A DNA stretch of 32,000 bases from positions 2,370,001 to 2,402,000 of the forward strand of contig NC_014034.1 of assembly GCF_000021865.1 (NCBI RefSeq). Reading direction: 5' to 3'. Positions within the stretch are counted from its first letter, which is position 1; each line of letters opens with the position of its first letter. Source of the DNA: Rhodobacter capsulatus SB 1003. Lineage in GTDB: Bacteria; Pseudomonadota; Alphaproteobacteria; Rhodobacterales; Rhodobacteraceae. The position numbers and the translations under genes are program-made. The notes below the pieces were generated by a model. That model ran no database searches, was not told the origin of the DNA, and saw only the letters and a list, made by a program, of their open reading frames with translations. This document shows, in pieces, positions 7,929 through 16,045 of the stretch.

Positions 7929-8210
7929 TCAGCCCTCCGTCCGGTCGTGGCATTCGACGGTATCGACGATGCCGACGATACCGGCATCGACCACCGACTG
8001 GCCCAGCATTCCCGCCAGCCGTCCGGCGCTGCCGGTGGTGACGATGACGGTCTCGCCATCGCCCGCGCTGACGGTATCGACGGCGATCTGCGTCTCGCCT
8101 TCGGCATTCAGCCGGGCGTCAAGGCGGATGACGATCAGCAGTTTCGCCCCCGACAGGCTTTGGTCCTTGGTGGTGGCGACGACGCGGCCGATGACTTTTG
8201 CCAGATACAT
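7929..8210 (-). CDS. pduN: BMC-P pentameric vertex protein (EutN/PduN/CcmL family)
   Basis: MYLAKVIGRVVATTKDQSLSGAKLLIV...DTVSAGDGETVIVTTGSAGR is the classic EutN/CcmL pattern. AGGAG RBS upstream. Confidence 0.9.
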   Translation of the reverse strand: MYLAKVIGRVVATTKDQSLSGAKLLIVIRLDARLNAEGETQIAVDTVSAGDGETVIVTTGSAGRLAGMLGQSVVDAGIVGIVDTVECHDRTEG

Positions 8211-8218
8211 GATCGCTC

Positions 8219-8917
8219 CTAACCTCTTGAAATCGCGATGCCGCGGGCGGCAAGGATGTCCTGCGCAGCGGGCGTCAGCAGGACGGCCCGGCCCAGATGG
8301 ACCGAAGGGCCGGGGATGGCGCGGGCTTGCTGGGCACCGAAGAGGCCACTTTCCTGCATCGGGGCCGCGGCCGCCCCTGCGCCCTCGACCATCCGCGCCA
8401 GCGTCGCGGCCCAGCCCAGTTCCACCCCCTGCGCCGCCAGCGCCTGCAGATGCTCGCGCATCAGCGCGCGCCGCGCCTCGGTCGCGGGCACAAGGCCGCG
8501 GGCCAGACGGTCGCGCGCCGCGGGGCAGACGCCATCGCGGGCGGCGACGATGCGGCGACCACGATCAAGCGCCTCGGTCAAGATCTGCGAGAGCGGATCA
8601 TCGGCAATCCCCAGCGCCAGTTTCGCGGCGAGCGAGAGGCTGAGCGCAGGCACCAGCACCAGCGCCGCGCGGGAGAGGGTCACCGGCGCCGCCGCCTCGG
8701 GCCAGTCAAGCCGCGCGGCCAGGTCCTCGCGCAGCGCGGCCTCGGCGGTCCATTCGAAACGCCAGCCCGCCCGGGCCAGGGTGGCAAGGCTCGCCAGCGC
8801 CGCGTCAAGCCCCAGATCGGTCGCGGCAAAGACCAAAAGCCCGCGGCGGCGCCGCGCCGCCAGCTCGGCCACGATCCGGTCGGACAGCAGGTCGATCAGG
8901 ATGCGGTCAAGGTCCAT
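8219..8917 (-). CDS. BMC-associated protein with divergent flavoprotein (HFCD/Dfp-like) fold and an N-terminal encapsulation-peptide-like helix
   Basis: The ATG at 8915-8917 shares one nt with the eutJ stop (TGATG); an alternative GTG lies at 8920. LLVFAATDLGLDAALASLATLARAG...AALVLVPALSLSLAAKLALGIADDPLSQ parallels the Dfp/flavoprotein pattern (IVLGVSGGIAAYK...LVILAPATADLIARVAAGMANDLV). The C-terminal GRAVLLTPAAQDILAARGIAI resembles the short domain found at the N-terminus of some BMC adenosyltransferases. Confidence 0.55.
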   Translation of the reverse strand: MDLDRILIDLLSDRIVAELAARRRRGLLVFAATDLGLDAALASLATLARAGWRFEWTAEAALREDLAARLDWPEAAAPVTLSRAALVLVPALSLSLAAKLALGIADDPLSQILTEALDRGRRIVAARDGVCPAARDRLARGLVPATEARRALMREHLQALAAQGVELGWAATLARMVEGAGAAAAPMQESGLFGAQQARAIPGPSVHLGRAVLLTPAAQDILAARGIAISRG

Positions 8918-9753
8918 CACAGGCCCCGTTCGGGATAAAGCGCGATGCCAAGCGGCGTCACCAGAAGCGGCTCGGCCGGTTTCAGCACCCGCCGCCCCAG
9001 ATGCGCGGCAAAGACCGGGGCGAAATCGGCAAAGGAACAGGCGCCGCCGACGACATGCACGGTGGCCACCTCGGGGAAGCGGGTCAGCACCCCCGCGACG
9101 ATGGACGCCATCTTGTCCACCACCGGGCGGACCAGCGAAAACACCTCGCGCGCCTGCGCGGGATCCAGCTTCATCGCCTCGGCATCGGCCAGCGAGAGCC
9201 GCAGCGCCCCGGCCAGAACCAGCGTCATGTGGGTGCCCCCCGTCGCCTCATCGACCGAGGCCAGCACCTTGCCGCCTTTGAGCACCGAAATCCCGGTGGT
9301 GCCGCCGCCGACATCGACCACGGCGCCCTCGGTCACGCGCAGCAGCCGCGCGGCGGCCAGCGGTTCGTCGAGGATCTCGACCAGCTCGAACTCGGCCGCC
9401 TCGATCACATTGCCGATGGCTTTCGCATTGCCGGGCAGGATGCCGGGGGGGATGGCCGTCGCGGCCCGGGTCAGGCGCTGGCCCAGCCGCGCCTCAAGTT
9501 CGGCCTTCATCGCCCGCACGCTGCGCACCGTCGCCGGGTAATCGACCACGATGCCGTCGCGGATCCCGCCCGAGCGTTGCGACATCCCCGCCACCGGACG
9601 GCCCGCCGCATCGACGACGGCCAGCACCAAATTCGCCGTGCCCAGATCGACACCGACGCGCAGCGGGCCCTGTGCCCGTGCCTCGGGCGGCAGGCAATCG
9701 CCTTGCCGCACCAGGGCGGCGAAGTCGTGCAGGATGGCGTCGATGCCGGACAT
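8917..9753 (-). CDS. eutJ: EutJ-like actin/Hsp70-fold putative chaperone
   Basis: LRVGVDLGTANLVLAVVD...VVDVGGGTTGISVL...THMTLVLAG are ASKHA-fold phosphate motifs in the typical EutJ arrangement, and the protein has typical EutJ length. GAGGGG RBS before ATG 9751-9753. Confidence 0.85.
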   Translation of the reverse strand: MSGIDAILHDFAALVRQGDCLPPEARAQGPLRVGVDLGTANLVLAVVDAAGRPVAGMSQRSGGIRDGIVVDYPATVRSVRAMKAELEARLGQRLTRAATAIPPGILPGNAKAIGNVIEAAEFELVEILDEPLAAARLLRVTEGAVVDVGGGTTGISVLKGGKVLASVDEATGGTHMTLVLAGALRLSLADAEAMKLDPAQAREVFSLVRPVVDKMASIVAGVLTRFPEVATVHVVGGACSFADFAPVFAAHLGRRVLKPAEPLLVTPLGIALYPERGL

Positions 9754-9762
9754 GATAACCCC

Positions 9763-10410
9763 TCAGACCTTCCGCACCCGCACAAGCGCGTCGTTTTGCA
9801 GCCCGAAGGCATTCGCCTCTTCGACGTCGATGTGCATTTCCGTGGCCGACACCTCGTCCGAGCGGATCGTGACATTGTGCATGACCCCGCCGCGCGGGCC
9901 GGAGACGACAACATCGACGCTGTCGCCGGTCTTCACCCCCAGCCGCACCGCATCTTCGGGGCGCATGTGGATGTGGCGCAGCGCGACGATCACGCCCGCC
10001 TCCTTCGTCACCGATCCGGCGGGGCCGATGACGGTCAGGCCGGCCGAGCCGTCAAGCTTGCCCGACATCCGCATCGGCGGCTTGATGCCCAAAGTGAAAC
10101 CGTCGGCGACCGAGATCTCGATCTGCGTTTCCTTGCGCAAGGGCCCCAGCACCCGGACCTTGCCGATATCGCCTTTCGGGCCGCGCAGGGTGACGGTTTC
10201 GGCGGCGGCATATTGGCCGGGCTGTTTCATCGCCTTCATCCGGGTCAGGCTTGCGCCGGGGCCGAACAGCGCGTCCATGTCGGGCCGCGACAGGTGAACA
10301 TGCCGGTTCGAGACGCCGACGGGGACAAGCGCGGGGTCGGTGTCGGTTGCGGCGACGTCTTGCGCCAGAAGCTCGGCGAGGATGCGATCGATCAGCGATT
10401 GCGGGAACAT
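9763..10410 (-). CDS. pduL: Phosphate propanoyl/acyl-transferase PduL with N-terminal encapsulation peptide
   Basis: VPVGVSNRHVHLS...VALRHIHM is the duplicated PduL signature. The N-terminal SLIDRILAELLAQ is an amphipathic helix. Confidence 0.9.
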   Translation of the reverse strand: MFPQSLIDRILAELLAQDVAATDTDPALVPVGVSNRHVHLSRPDMDALFGPGASLTRMKAMKQPGQYAAAETVTLRGPKGDIGKVRVLGPLRKETQIEISVADGFTLGIKPPMRMSGKLDGSAGLTVIGPAGSVTKEAGVIVALRHIHMRPEDAVRLGVKTGDSVDVVVSGPRGGVMHNVTIRSDEVSATEMHIDVEEANAFGLQNDALVRVRKV

Positions 10411-10428
10411 GGTCGGGGTCTTTCGCTC

Positions 10429-10986
10429 TTAGCGGCCCTTCGGCCCTTTGGGACGGGTCAGCCGATAGGGCACGGGCGGCGGTTCGGGGGTGGGATCGGG
10501 CTCCGGCCCGGGCTCCGGCTCGGCGGCGGGCGCCGGTTCGGGCGCCGCTTCCGGCACGGTCTCGGGCGTCGCTTCGGGGGCCGGTTCGGCGCCGGACGCC
10601 TCGGAGGGTGAGGCATCCGGCGGGGTCGGCACCGGCTTCGCCGGGGCCTCCTCCTGTGGCGGCACGGGGACGGGACCCTGTGCCCCGGTCCGTCCGCAGC
10701 CGACGGTCTCGGCGCTGTCGATCAGCCGGGTCAGTCCGGCGGCGGGACGTGCGATGACCCGGGTCGCAACGACCCGTCCGACGCGCCCCGCCGCCATCTC
10801 CGCGGCGGCAACGGCGGCCTTGACGGCCCCCACGTCGCCGCGAAGCTTGACCACCGTCATGCCGTCGCCCTTGGCAAATTCGTAGCCCACCAGCGTGACA
10901 TTGGCCGATTTCACCGCGGCATCCGCGGCCGTGACCGCCGCCGCCAGACCGAGCGTCTCGATCAGCCCAAGGCTTTGTTCCGACAT
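10429..10986 (-). CDS. BMC-H shell protein with a ~95-aa Pro/Glu/Ala-rich C-terminal tail ending in a basic patch
   Basis: The N-terminal 90 aa, [54 protein letters not shown], form a canonical BMC domain. The tail is [25 protein letters not shown]...[37 protein letters not shown] upstream. Confidence 0.88.
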   Translation of the reverse strand: MSEQSLGLIETLGLAAAVTAADAAVKSANVTLVGYEFAKGDGMTVVKLRGDVGAVKAAVAAAEMAAGRVGRVVATRVIARPAAGLTRLIDSAETVGCGRTGAQGPVPVPPQEEAPAKPVPTPPDASPSEASGAEPAPEATPETVPEAAPEPAPAAEPEPGPEPDPTPEPPPVPYRLTRPKGPKGR

Positions 10987-11006
10987 GACGATGTGTCCTT
11001 TTCGTC

Positions 11007-11816
11007 TCAGATGTAGGGTTTCGTGGAGGAGACGATTTCCGCGCCATCCAGCGTCGAAAGCACCTGTTTGCCGACCTCGCGCGCCGCGATGATCGCCTGC
11101 CGCACCGCCCCCGAGTCGCCGGTGAACATGAAGATCACCTCGTTCGAGTGGCTGGTGCCGCCATTGCCGGGCGAGGCATAGCCCACCGGCACCACGGTCG
11201 CGGCCTTGGCGGCGGTATCGGCCATCAGGACGCCGATGGCGGCGGGCGCCCCCACGGTGATCCCGAAGGCCTGGCCCAGCGGCGCCCCGAAGGCCTTGTG
11301 CAAAGCATGGCTGGCGCGGGCGGTGTATTGGAACTCGAGATGCCCCGCGGGCGTGCCATAGACATCGCCGAAGGTGCGGTTGAGTTCCGACAGCGTCACT
11401 TCCACCGCGCGGCGGGCGTCGGACACGTCCTCGGCCCCGAACAGGATCAGCGAGCCATGCCCGCCACCGCCCTCGGTGTCGCGCGGCAGTTCGATCAGCA
11501 CCACTTCGCTGTTCGTCGCCTTCACCGCCTCGTCGGCCGCGAAGATATGCGGACCGGCCCCGGTGCGGGCGCCGACGATGCCGATCGAGCGGTATTTCCG
11601 GTCGATGTTCATCTTTTCATGCAGCAGCGGATCGACATTCGCGATGACAAGACCCACCGTGTGGCCGATCGCCGTGCCGACGAATTCGGTCAGGTTGCAG
11701 GCCTTCGGCGCGGCTTTCGCAGCGGGCTTTTCGGCGGCGGCGGCGGCGGGGGCCTCGGTCGAGCCCATCTTCCGCATCACCTCGTCCATCAGTTTTTCGA
11801 CAAGATCGTCTTTCAT
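11007..11816 (-). CDS. pduB: Tandem-domain BMC-T shell protein, PduB-like
   Basis: [30 protein letters not shown] is the PduB signature. The product is 269 aa. The N-terminal helix is [14 protein letters not shown]. Strong AAGGAGA RBS. Confidence 0.88.
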   Translation of the reverse strand: MKDDLVEKLMDEVMRKMGSTEAPAAAAAEKPAAKAAPKACNLTEFVGTAIGHTVGLVIANVDPLLHEKMNIDRKYRSIGIVGARTGAGPHIFAADEAVKATNSEVVLIELPRDTEGGGGHGSLILFGAEDVSDARRAVEVTLSELNRTFGDVYGTPAGHLEFQYTARASHALHKAFGAPLGQAFGITVGAPAAIGVLMADTAAKAATVVPVGYASPGNGGTSHSNEVIFMFTGDSGAVRQAIIAAREVGKQVLSTLDGAEIVSSTKPYI

Positions 11817-11838
11817 CGTCTGGTCTCCTTCCTAAGGC

Positions 11839-12123
11839 TCAGACGGCTTTCGGCGTCGGCAGGATTTTTTCGACTTCGGTGTGCGGGCGCGGGATCACAT
11901 GGACCGAGACGACCGAGCCGACCTTTTCGGCGGCCACGGCCCCGGCATCGGTGGCGGCCTTGACCGCGCCGACGTCGCCGCGCACCATCACGGTCACGAG
12001 GCCCGAGCCGATTTTTTCATAGCCGACCATCGCGACATTGGCCGATTTGACCATCGCATCCGCAGCTTCGATCGCGGCGACCAGACCCTTGGTCTCGACC
12101 ATTCCGAGAGCTTCCTGTTGCAT
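11839..12123 (-). CDS. pduA: BMC-H hexameric shell protein, PduA/PduJ-like
   Basis: [61 protein letters not shown]; 94 aa. AAGGAGA RBS upstream. Confidence 0.92.
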   Translation of the reverse strand: MQQEALGMVETKGLVAAIEAADAMVKSANVAMVGYEKIGSGLVTVMVRGDVGAVKAATDAGAVAAEKVGSVVSVHVIPRPHTEVEKILPTPKAV

Positions 12124-12212
12124 GACTTTCTCCTTGCCTTCCGGCGTTCAAGATGTTGGTTCGATTGAGGAAACGGGTATCTTCGTGCTGATCTGCCAGT
12201 GTGCCCCCCTCC

Positions 12213-13352
12213 TCATCCCCCGGCCCGATCGAGCAGCATTTCAAGATCTGCCAGCGCGGGACGGCGCGGATTGCCCGCGGTGCAGGCATCCGCAAAGGCG
12301 GCTGCCGCAAGGTCGGGGATCGCCCGACGATACTCCTCGATCGCGACGCCAAGGCCGCGCAGCGAGGAAGGGATGCCGAAGCGCGCATTCAGCGCCTCGA
12401 TCGCCCGGATCAGCGCAACGACACCCGCCCGCGTGCCCGGCACGTCAAGCCCCACCCGGGCGGCGATGCGGGCGTAGCGGCTGGCGGTCTCGCGGCAGCC
12501 GGGCGCGTCGTCCGACAGACCGGCGTTCCAGGCGATGACATGGGGCAAGAGCACCGCGTTGATGCGGCCATGCACCAGATGCAGCCGGCCGCCGATCGCA
12601 TGGGCCAGCCCGTGGTTGAGGCCCAGCCCCGCCTCGGTAAAGGCCATGCCCGCCAGGCACGAGGCCTGATGCATCGCATCGCGGGCGGCCAGATCGTTGC
12701 CGTTGTCGTAAGCCCGGGGCAGCGCCGCAAAGGCCAGTTCCAGCGCCTTTTCGGCAAAAGCGTCGGTGAAGTTCGAGGCGCCGCGCGCCACCACCGCCTC
12801 GATCGCATGGGTGATCACATCCATGCCGGTATCGGCGGTGACCCTGGGCGGTGCGGTGCGCACGAATTCCGGGTCAAGGATCGCCACATCGGGGATCAGG
12901 TCGTTGGAAATCAGCGGGAATTTCCGGTTGTTGGCAGGGTCCGAGATCACCGCGAAGGCGGTGACCTCGGAGCCGGTGCCGCTGGTCGTCGGGATCGCAA
13001 CCAGACGGATCGGATGGCTGGGGTCGATGCCGCGCACCACCGCCAGGATGGCTTTCGCCGCATCGATGGGCGAGCCGCCGCCCAGCGCCAGCACCACATC
13101 GGGGCGGAAGTCGGCGAACAGGCGGGCGCCTGCGGAAACGGTGGCGAGCGGCGGCTCGGGGATGGCTTCGGCGAAGATCTTGACGGTGCAGCCGTCCAGA
13201 TGCGCCAGAACGCGATCAAGCGGACCCGAGCGGGCCATGAATTCATCGGTCACGATGCCGACGCGCTGGCCGCGATAGGCCTGCAAGCGTTCCAGCAGCC
13301 CTTCGCCGAAGACGATTTCGGTCCGCGGAGAGAAACTATGATAGCGGGTCAT
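12213..13352 (-). CDS. pduQ: Iron-containing (group III) alcohol dehydrogenase, PduQ/EutG-like
   Basis: ATG 13350-13352. Family motifs seen: ALGGGSPIDAAKAI, PTTSGTGSEVT, and HAIEA...HGLAHAIGG metal-ligand histidines. The longer track ORF (to 13565) overlaps the GRE gene. Confidence 0.85.
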   Translation of the reverse strand: MTRYHSFSPRTEIVFGEGLLERLQAYRGQRVGIVTDEFMARSGPLDRVLAHLDGCTVKIFAEAIPEPPLATVSAGARLFADFRPDVVLALGGGSPIDAAKAILAVVRGIDPSHPIRLVAIPTTSGTGSEVTAFAVISDPANNRKFPLISNDLIPDVAILDPEFVRTAPPRVTADTGMDVITHAIEAVVARGASNFTDAFAEKALELAFAALPRAYDNGNDLAARDAMHQASCLAGMAFTEAGLGLNHGLAHAIGGRLHLVHGRINAVLLPHVIAWNAGLSDDAPGCRETASRYARIAARVGLDVPGTRAGVVALIRAIEALNARFGIPSSLRGLGVAIEEYRRAIPDLAAAAFADACTAGNPRRPALADLEMLLDRAGG

Positions 13353-13382
13353 CGGAACACCTGTCCGTGAGGGGTGAAAGGG

Positions 13383-13430
13383 CCCGGTCGGGCTGACGCG
13401 AGGCGGGAGGAGACGGCCCGCCCGACCGGG
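13383..13430 (-). other. Intercistronic stem-loop between the GRE and ADH genes
   Basis: cccggtcgggc (13383-13393) is the exact reverse complement of gcccgaccggg (13420-13430): an 11-bp stem with a 26-nt loop, in the 112-nt gap. No U-tract. Confidence 0.4.
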
Positions 13431-13464
13431 AGGCTGGCCCCGCGTTGCCGCGGGACCGGCGGTG

Positions 13465-15987
13465 TCAGAAGGCCTGTTCGGTCCGGCTGATGATGTCGTC
13501 CTGCACCTCTTTCGCGAGGACGACGAACTGCGCCGAATAGCCCGCCACCCGCACCACGAGGTCACGATAGTCCTCGGGGTTTTTCTGTGCTTTCAGAAGG
13601 GTTTCGCGGTCGATCACGTTGAACTGCACATGCATGCCCTTGTGATCGAAGTAAGACCGCACCAGCGCGGCGAAGTTCTGCAACCCGGCGTCCCCTGCCA
13701 GAGCGGAGGGCAGGAATTTCTGGTTGTAGAGCGTGCCGTTCGAGGCGATGAAGTGGTCGAGTTTCGCCACCGAATTCGCCGCGGCGGTCGGGCCGAGCCG
13801 GTCCTTGCCCTGCCGCGGCGAGACGCCATCGGCCAGCGGCAGTTTCGCCGGGCGGCCGTCGGGCAGCGCGCCCACGTCCTTGCCGAAAAGCACGTTCGCC
13901 GAGACCGGATAGATCCCTGCCTGGAACTGGCCCCCGCGCGGGTTGGTGTATTTCTCCACTTCCTTGCAGTAGATCTGCGCGCATTTCCGGGCGATCAGGT
14001 CGACGTCGTCATTGTCGTTCCCGAAGGCTTCGGCGCTGTCGAGCAGGCGGCGGATGCCGTCATATTTCGACGAGGCGGCAGGCGCGGAGCCGGTCGAAAG
14101 CGTGCGATAGACCTCGTCCTTGAGCGCGGCGACATCCAGGCTGGCATTCGAGGCCAGCACTTTCTTGACCGCTTCGTAGATCTGGCTTTCGCTCATCTCG
14201 GCGGGCGCATTCGCCCCGGTGACCATCCCGAAGTTCGCGTCGAGCGCTTCCTTCAGTTCGGCCATCGTCAGCTTCTTGTCGTCCCAGACGAATTTCTTCA
14301 TCGCATAGACCGAGTCGCCGGTGTCGGCGACGCCGAAGGCCTGCGGGCCGGTGAAGTTGTAGATCGCGCCCCCTTCCTGCACCGACTTGCCGCGGCCCAT
14401 GCAGTCATCGACCATCGCCGAGAGGAACGGCAGCGGCGCCCGTTCGGCATGGGCGATGTCGACACAATTGTCGGCCTCGGCCAGGTATTTGACGAAGAAC
14501 GACATCTGCCCGGTGAAGGCGGCGTAGAAATCCTCAAGCGAGGTCCAGTCCTTGGCATCGCCGGTGACCGGGCCAAGCTGGGTATCGCCGACCTTGCCGT
14601 TGTTGAGCGTGATTTCCAGCACCTTCGCCACGTTGAAGAAGGCCGCGTCGTGCCAGCCCTCGGTGCGGTGGATCGCCTGCGGTTCGACGCAGCCGACGAT
14701 GCCGTAATCGCGGGCATCGGCCAGCGAAACACCGCGGTTTTGCAGCGAGGGGATGATCACCTCGTCGTTGTAGACGGCCGGAACCCCCAGCCCCAGACGC
14801 ACGACCTCGGCGGCACGGTGCAGGAATTCATCCGGCGTGCCCTGCCAGACCCGGATCGAGAAGGACGGCGCGGGCAGACGCACATGGGCCACGGCTTCCA
14901 TGCACATGTAGGACACGTCGTTCGTCGCATCGAGCCCGTCTTCGGTCTGACCGCCGACGCAGAGGTTCTGGAACACCGCATAGCCGGCAAAGGCTTGCGC
15001 CGAGACCTCGTCGCGGGTCTTGTTGACGTCGTTCAGCTTGATCCAGATGCAGTCGATCAGTTCCTGGGCAAATTCGCGGCTGATCGCGGTATCGGCTTTC
15101 AGGAACGGATACATGTATTGGTCGAAGCGGCCGGGCGAGATCGAATGGCCCGAGGATTCGATCTGCAGCATGCATTGTACGAACCACATCGTCTGGCAGG
15201 CTTCCCAGAAGGTCGTGGCGCCATGTTCGGGCACGCGGCGGCAGTTCTTGGCGATCTGCTCGAGTTCCGCCTTGCGGGTCGGGTTGGGGCAGGCCCGCGC
15301 CAGCTCCTCGGCCTTGTCGGCATAGCGGTTGGCAAAGCCGATCGCGGCGGTATAGGCGATGATGACGGCGGTGTAGAACTGCTGTTTCTTGATCGTGTCG
15401 GGGTCGCGTTCATCCAGCACTTCGCGGCGCTTGATCGCCTCGATGATGACACCGCGGAAGCCGGTTTTCAGGATCTTGCCATAGTCGACGCAGACATGGC
15501 CGACGCCGCCATAGAAATAGTTGCCCACCGTGAAGACGCCGTTGGCGATGCAATCCTTCGCCTTTTTCGACATGTAGGAGGCGGCAAGATCGGCGGTGGT
15601 GCGGCCGGGCCAGTATTTGAACGCCTCATGCAGGGCGGCGGCGGTTTCCTTGGGGATTTCGAACGGGTCGGCGACGCGGGTCGCCATGGTGTCGAATTCC
15701 TTTTCCACCCAGTCGAAGCTGAATTCGGGGCAGATCTCGGTCGAGCGCGGGTTGACGGTGATCGAGCCGACCACAAGTTCATCGTCGCGGATGGTGACCG
15801 GCAGTTCGGCGAAGATCTTTTCCACCACCCTGGCGCGGCGCAGGATCGGCGACAGGCCCTCGGTCACCTTGTAGGCCTCGGTGGCCAGCACGGCGCGCTC
15901 GGCCTCGACATGGGGCCGGGCATTCAGGATCTGGTTCTTCAGCCGCGTGATGCGGTCGGTCGGTTTGGTGAAGCCCTTCTCAATCAT
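13465..15987 (-). CDS. Glycyl radical enzyme of the dehydratase/lyase clade; probable B12-independent 1,2-propanediol dehydratase
   Basis: ATG 15985-15987 preceded by GGAGGA. Thiyl loop: IVGCVEPQ (single Cys followed by Glu). The C-terminal glycyl motif is VVRVAGYSAQF, with the Gly codon at 13540-13542. 840 aa. Confidence 0.9.
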   Translation of the reverse strand: MIEKGFTKPTDRITRLKNQILNARPHVEAERAVLATEAYKVTEGLSPILRRARVVEKIFAELPVTIRDDELVVGSITVNPRSTEICPEFSFDWVEKEFDTMATRVADPFEIPKETAAALHEAFKYWPGRTTADLAASYMSKKAKDCIANGVFTVGNYFYGGVGHVCVDYGKILKTGFRGVIIEAIKRREVLDERDPDTIKKQQFYTAVIIAYTAAIGFANRYADKAEELARACPNPTRKAELEQIAKNCRRVPEHGATTFWEACQTMWFVQCMLQIESSGHSISPGRFDQYMYPFLKADTAISREFAQELIDCIWIKLNDVNKTRDEVSAQAFAGYAVFQNLCVGGQTEDGLDATNDVSYMCMEAVAHVRLPAPSFSIRVWQGTPDEFLHRAAEVVRLGLGVPAVYNDEVIIPSLQNRGVSLADARDYGIVGCVEPQAIHRTEGWHDAAFFNVAKVLEITLNNGKVGDTQLGPVTGDAKDWTSLEDFYAAFTGQMSFFVKYLAEADNCVDIAHAERAPLPFLSAMVDDCMGRGKSVQEGGAIYNFTGPQAFGVADTGDSVYAMKKFVWDDKKLTMAELKEALDANFGMVTGANAPAEMSESQIYEAVKKVLASNASLDVAALKDEVYRTLSTGSAPAASSKYDGIRRLLDSAEAFGNDNDDVDLIARKCAQIYCKEVEKYTNPRGGQFQAGIYPVSANVLFGKDVGALPDGRPAKLPLADGVSPRQGKDRLGPTAAANSVAKLDHFIASNGTLYNQKFLPSALAGDAGLQNFAALVRSYFDHKGMHVQFNVIDRETLLKAQKNPEDYRDLVVRVAGYSAQFVVLAKEVQDDIISRTEQAF

Positions 15988-16045
15988 TCTATCCTCCAGG
16001 CGGTGGAGGCGTCCCGGCGGGGTCTGGTCCCGCCGGAAAGCCATG

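Noticed and set aside
12124-12212. Lower-GC 89-nt gap between the ADH and pduA-like genes as a possible internal promoter or small RNA
   Set aside because: Only a strong RBS (AAGGAGA) is evident. I could find no convincing -35/-10 pair or stable stem, so there is too little evidence to call.
13465-15987. Calling the GRE a pyruvate formate-lyase
   Set aside because: PFL has adjacent catalytic cysteines. This protein has a single Cys followed by Glu (GCVEP), as in the dehydratase/lyase clade, and it sits in a BMC operon with aldehyde-processing enzymes. A choline-lyase assignment cannot be excluded by eye. It is considered less likely because of the 840-aa length and the PocR sensor.
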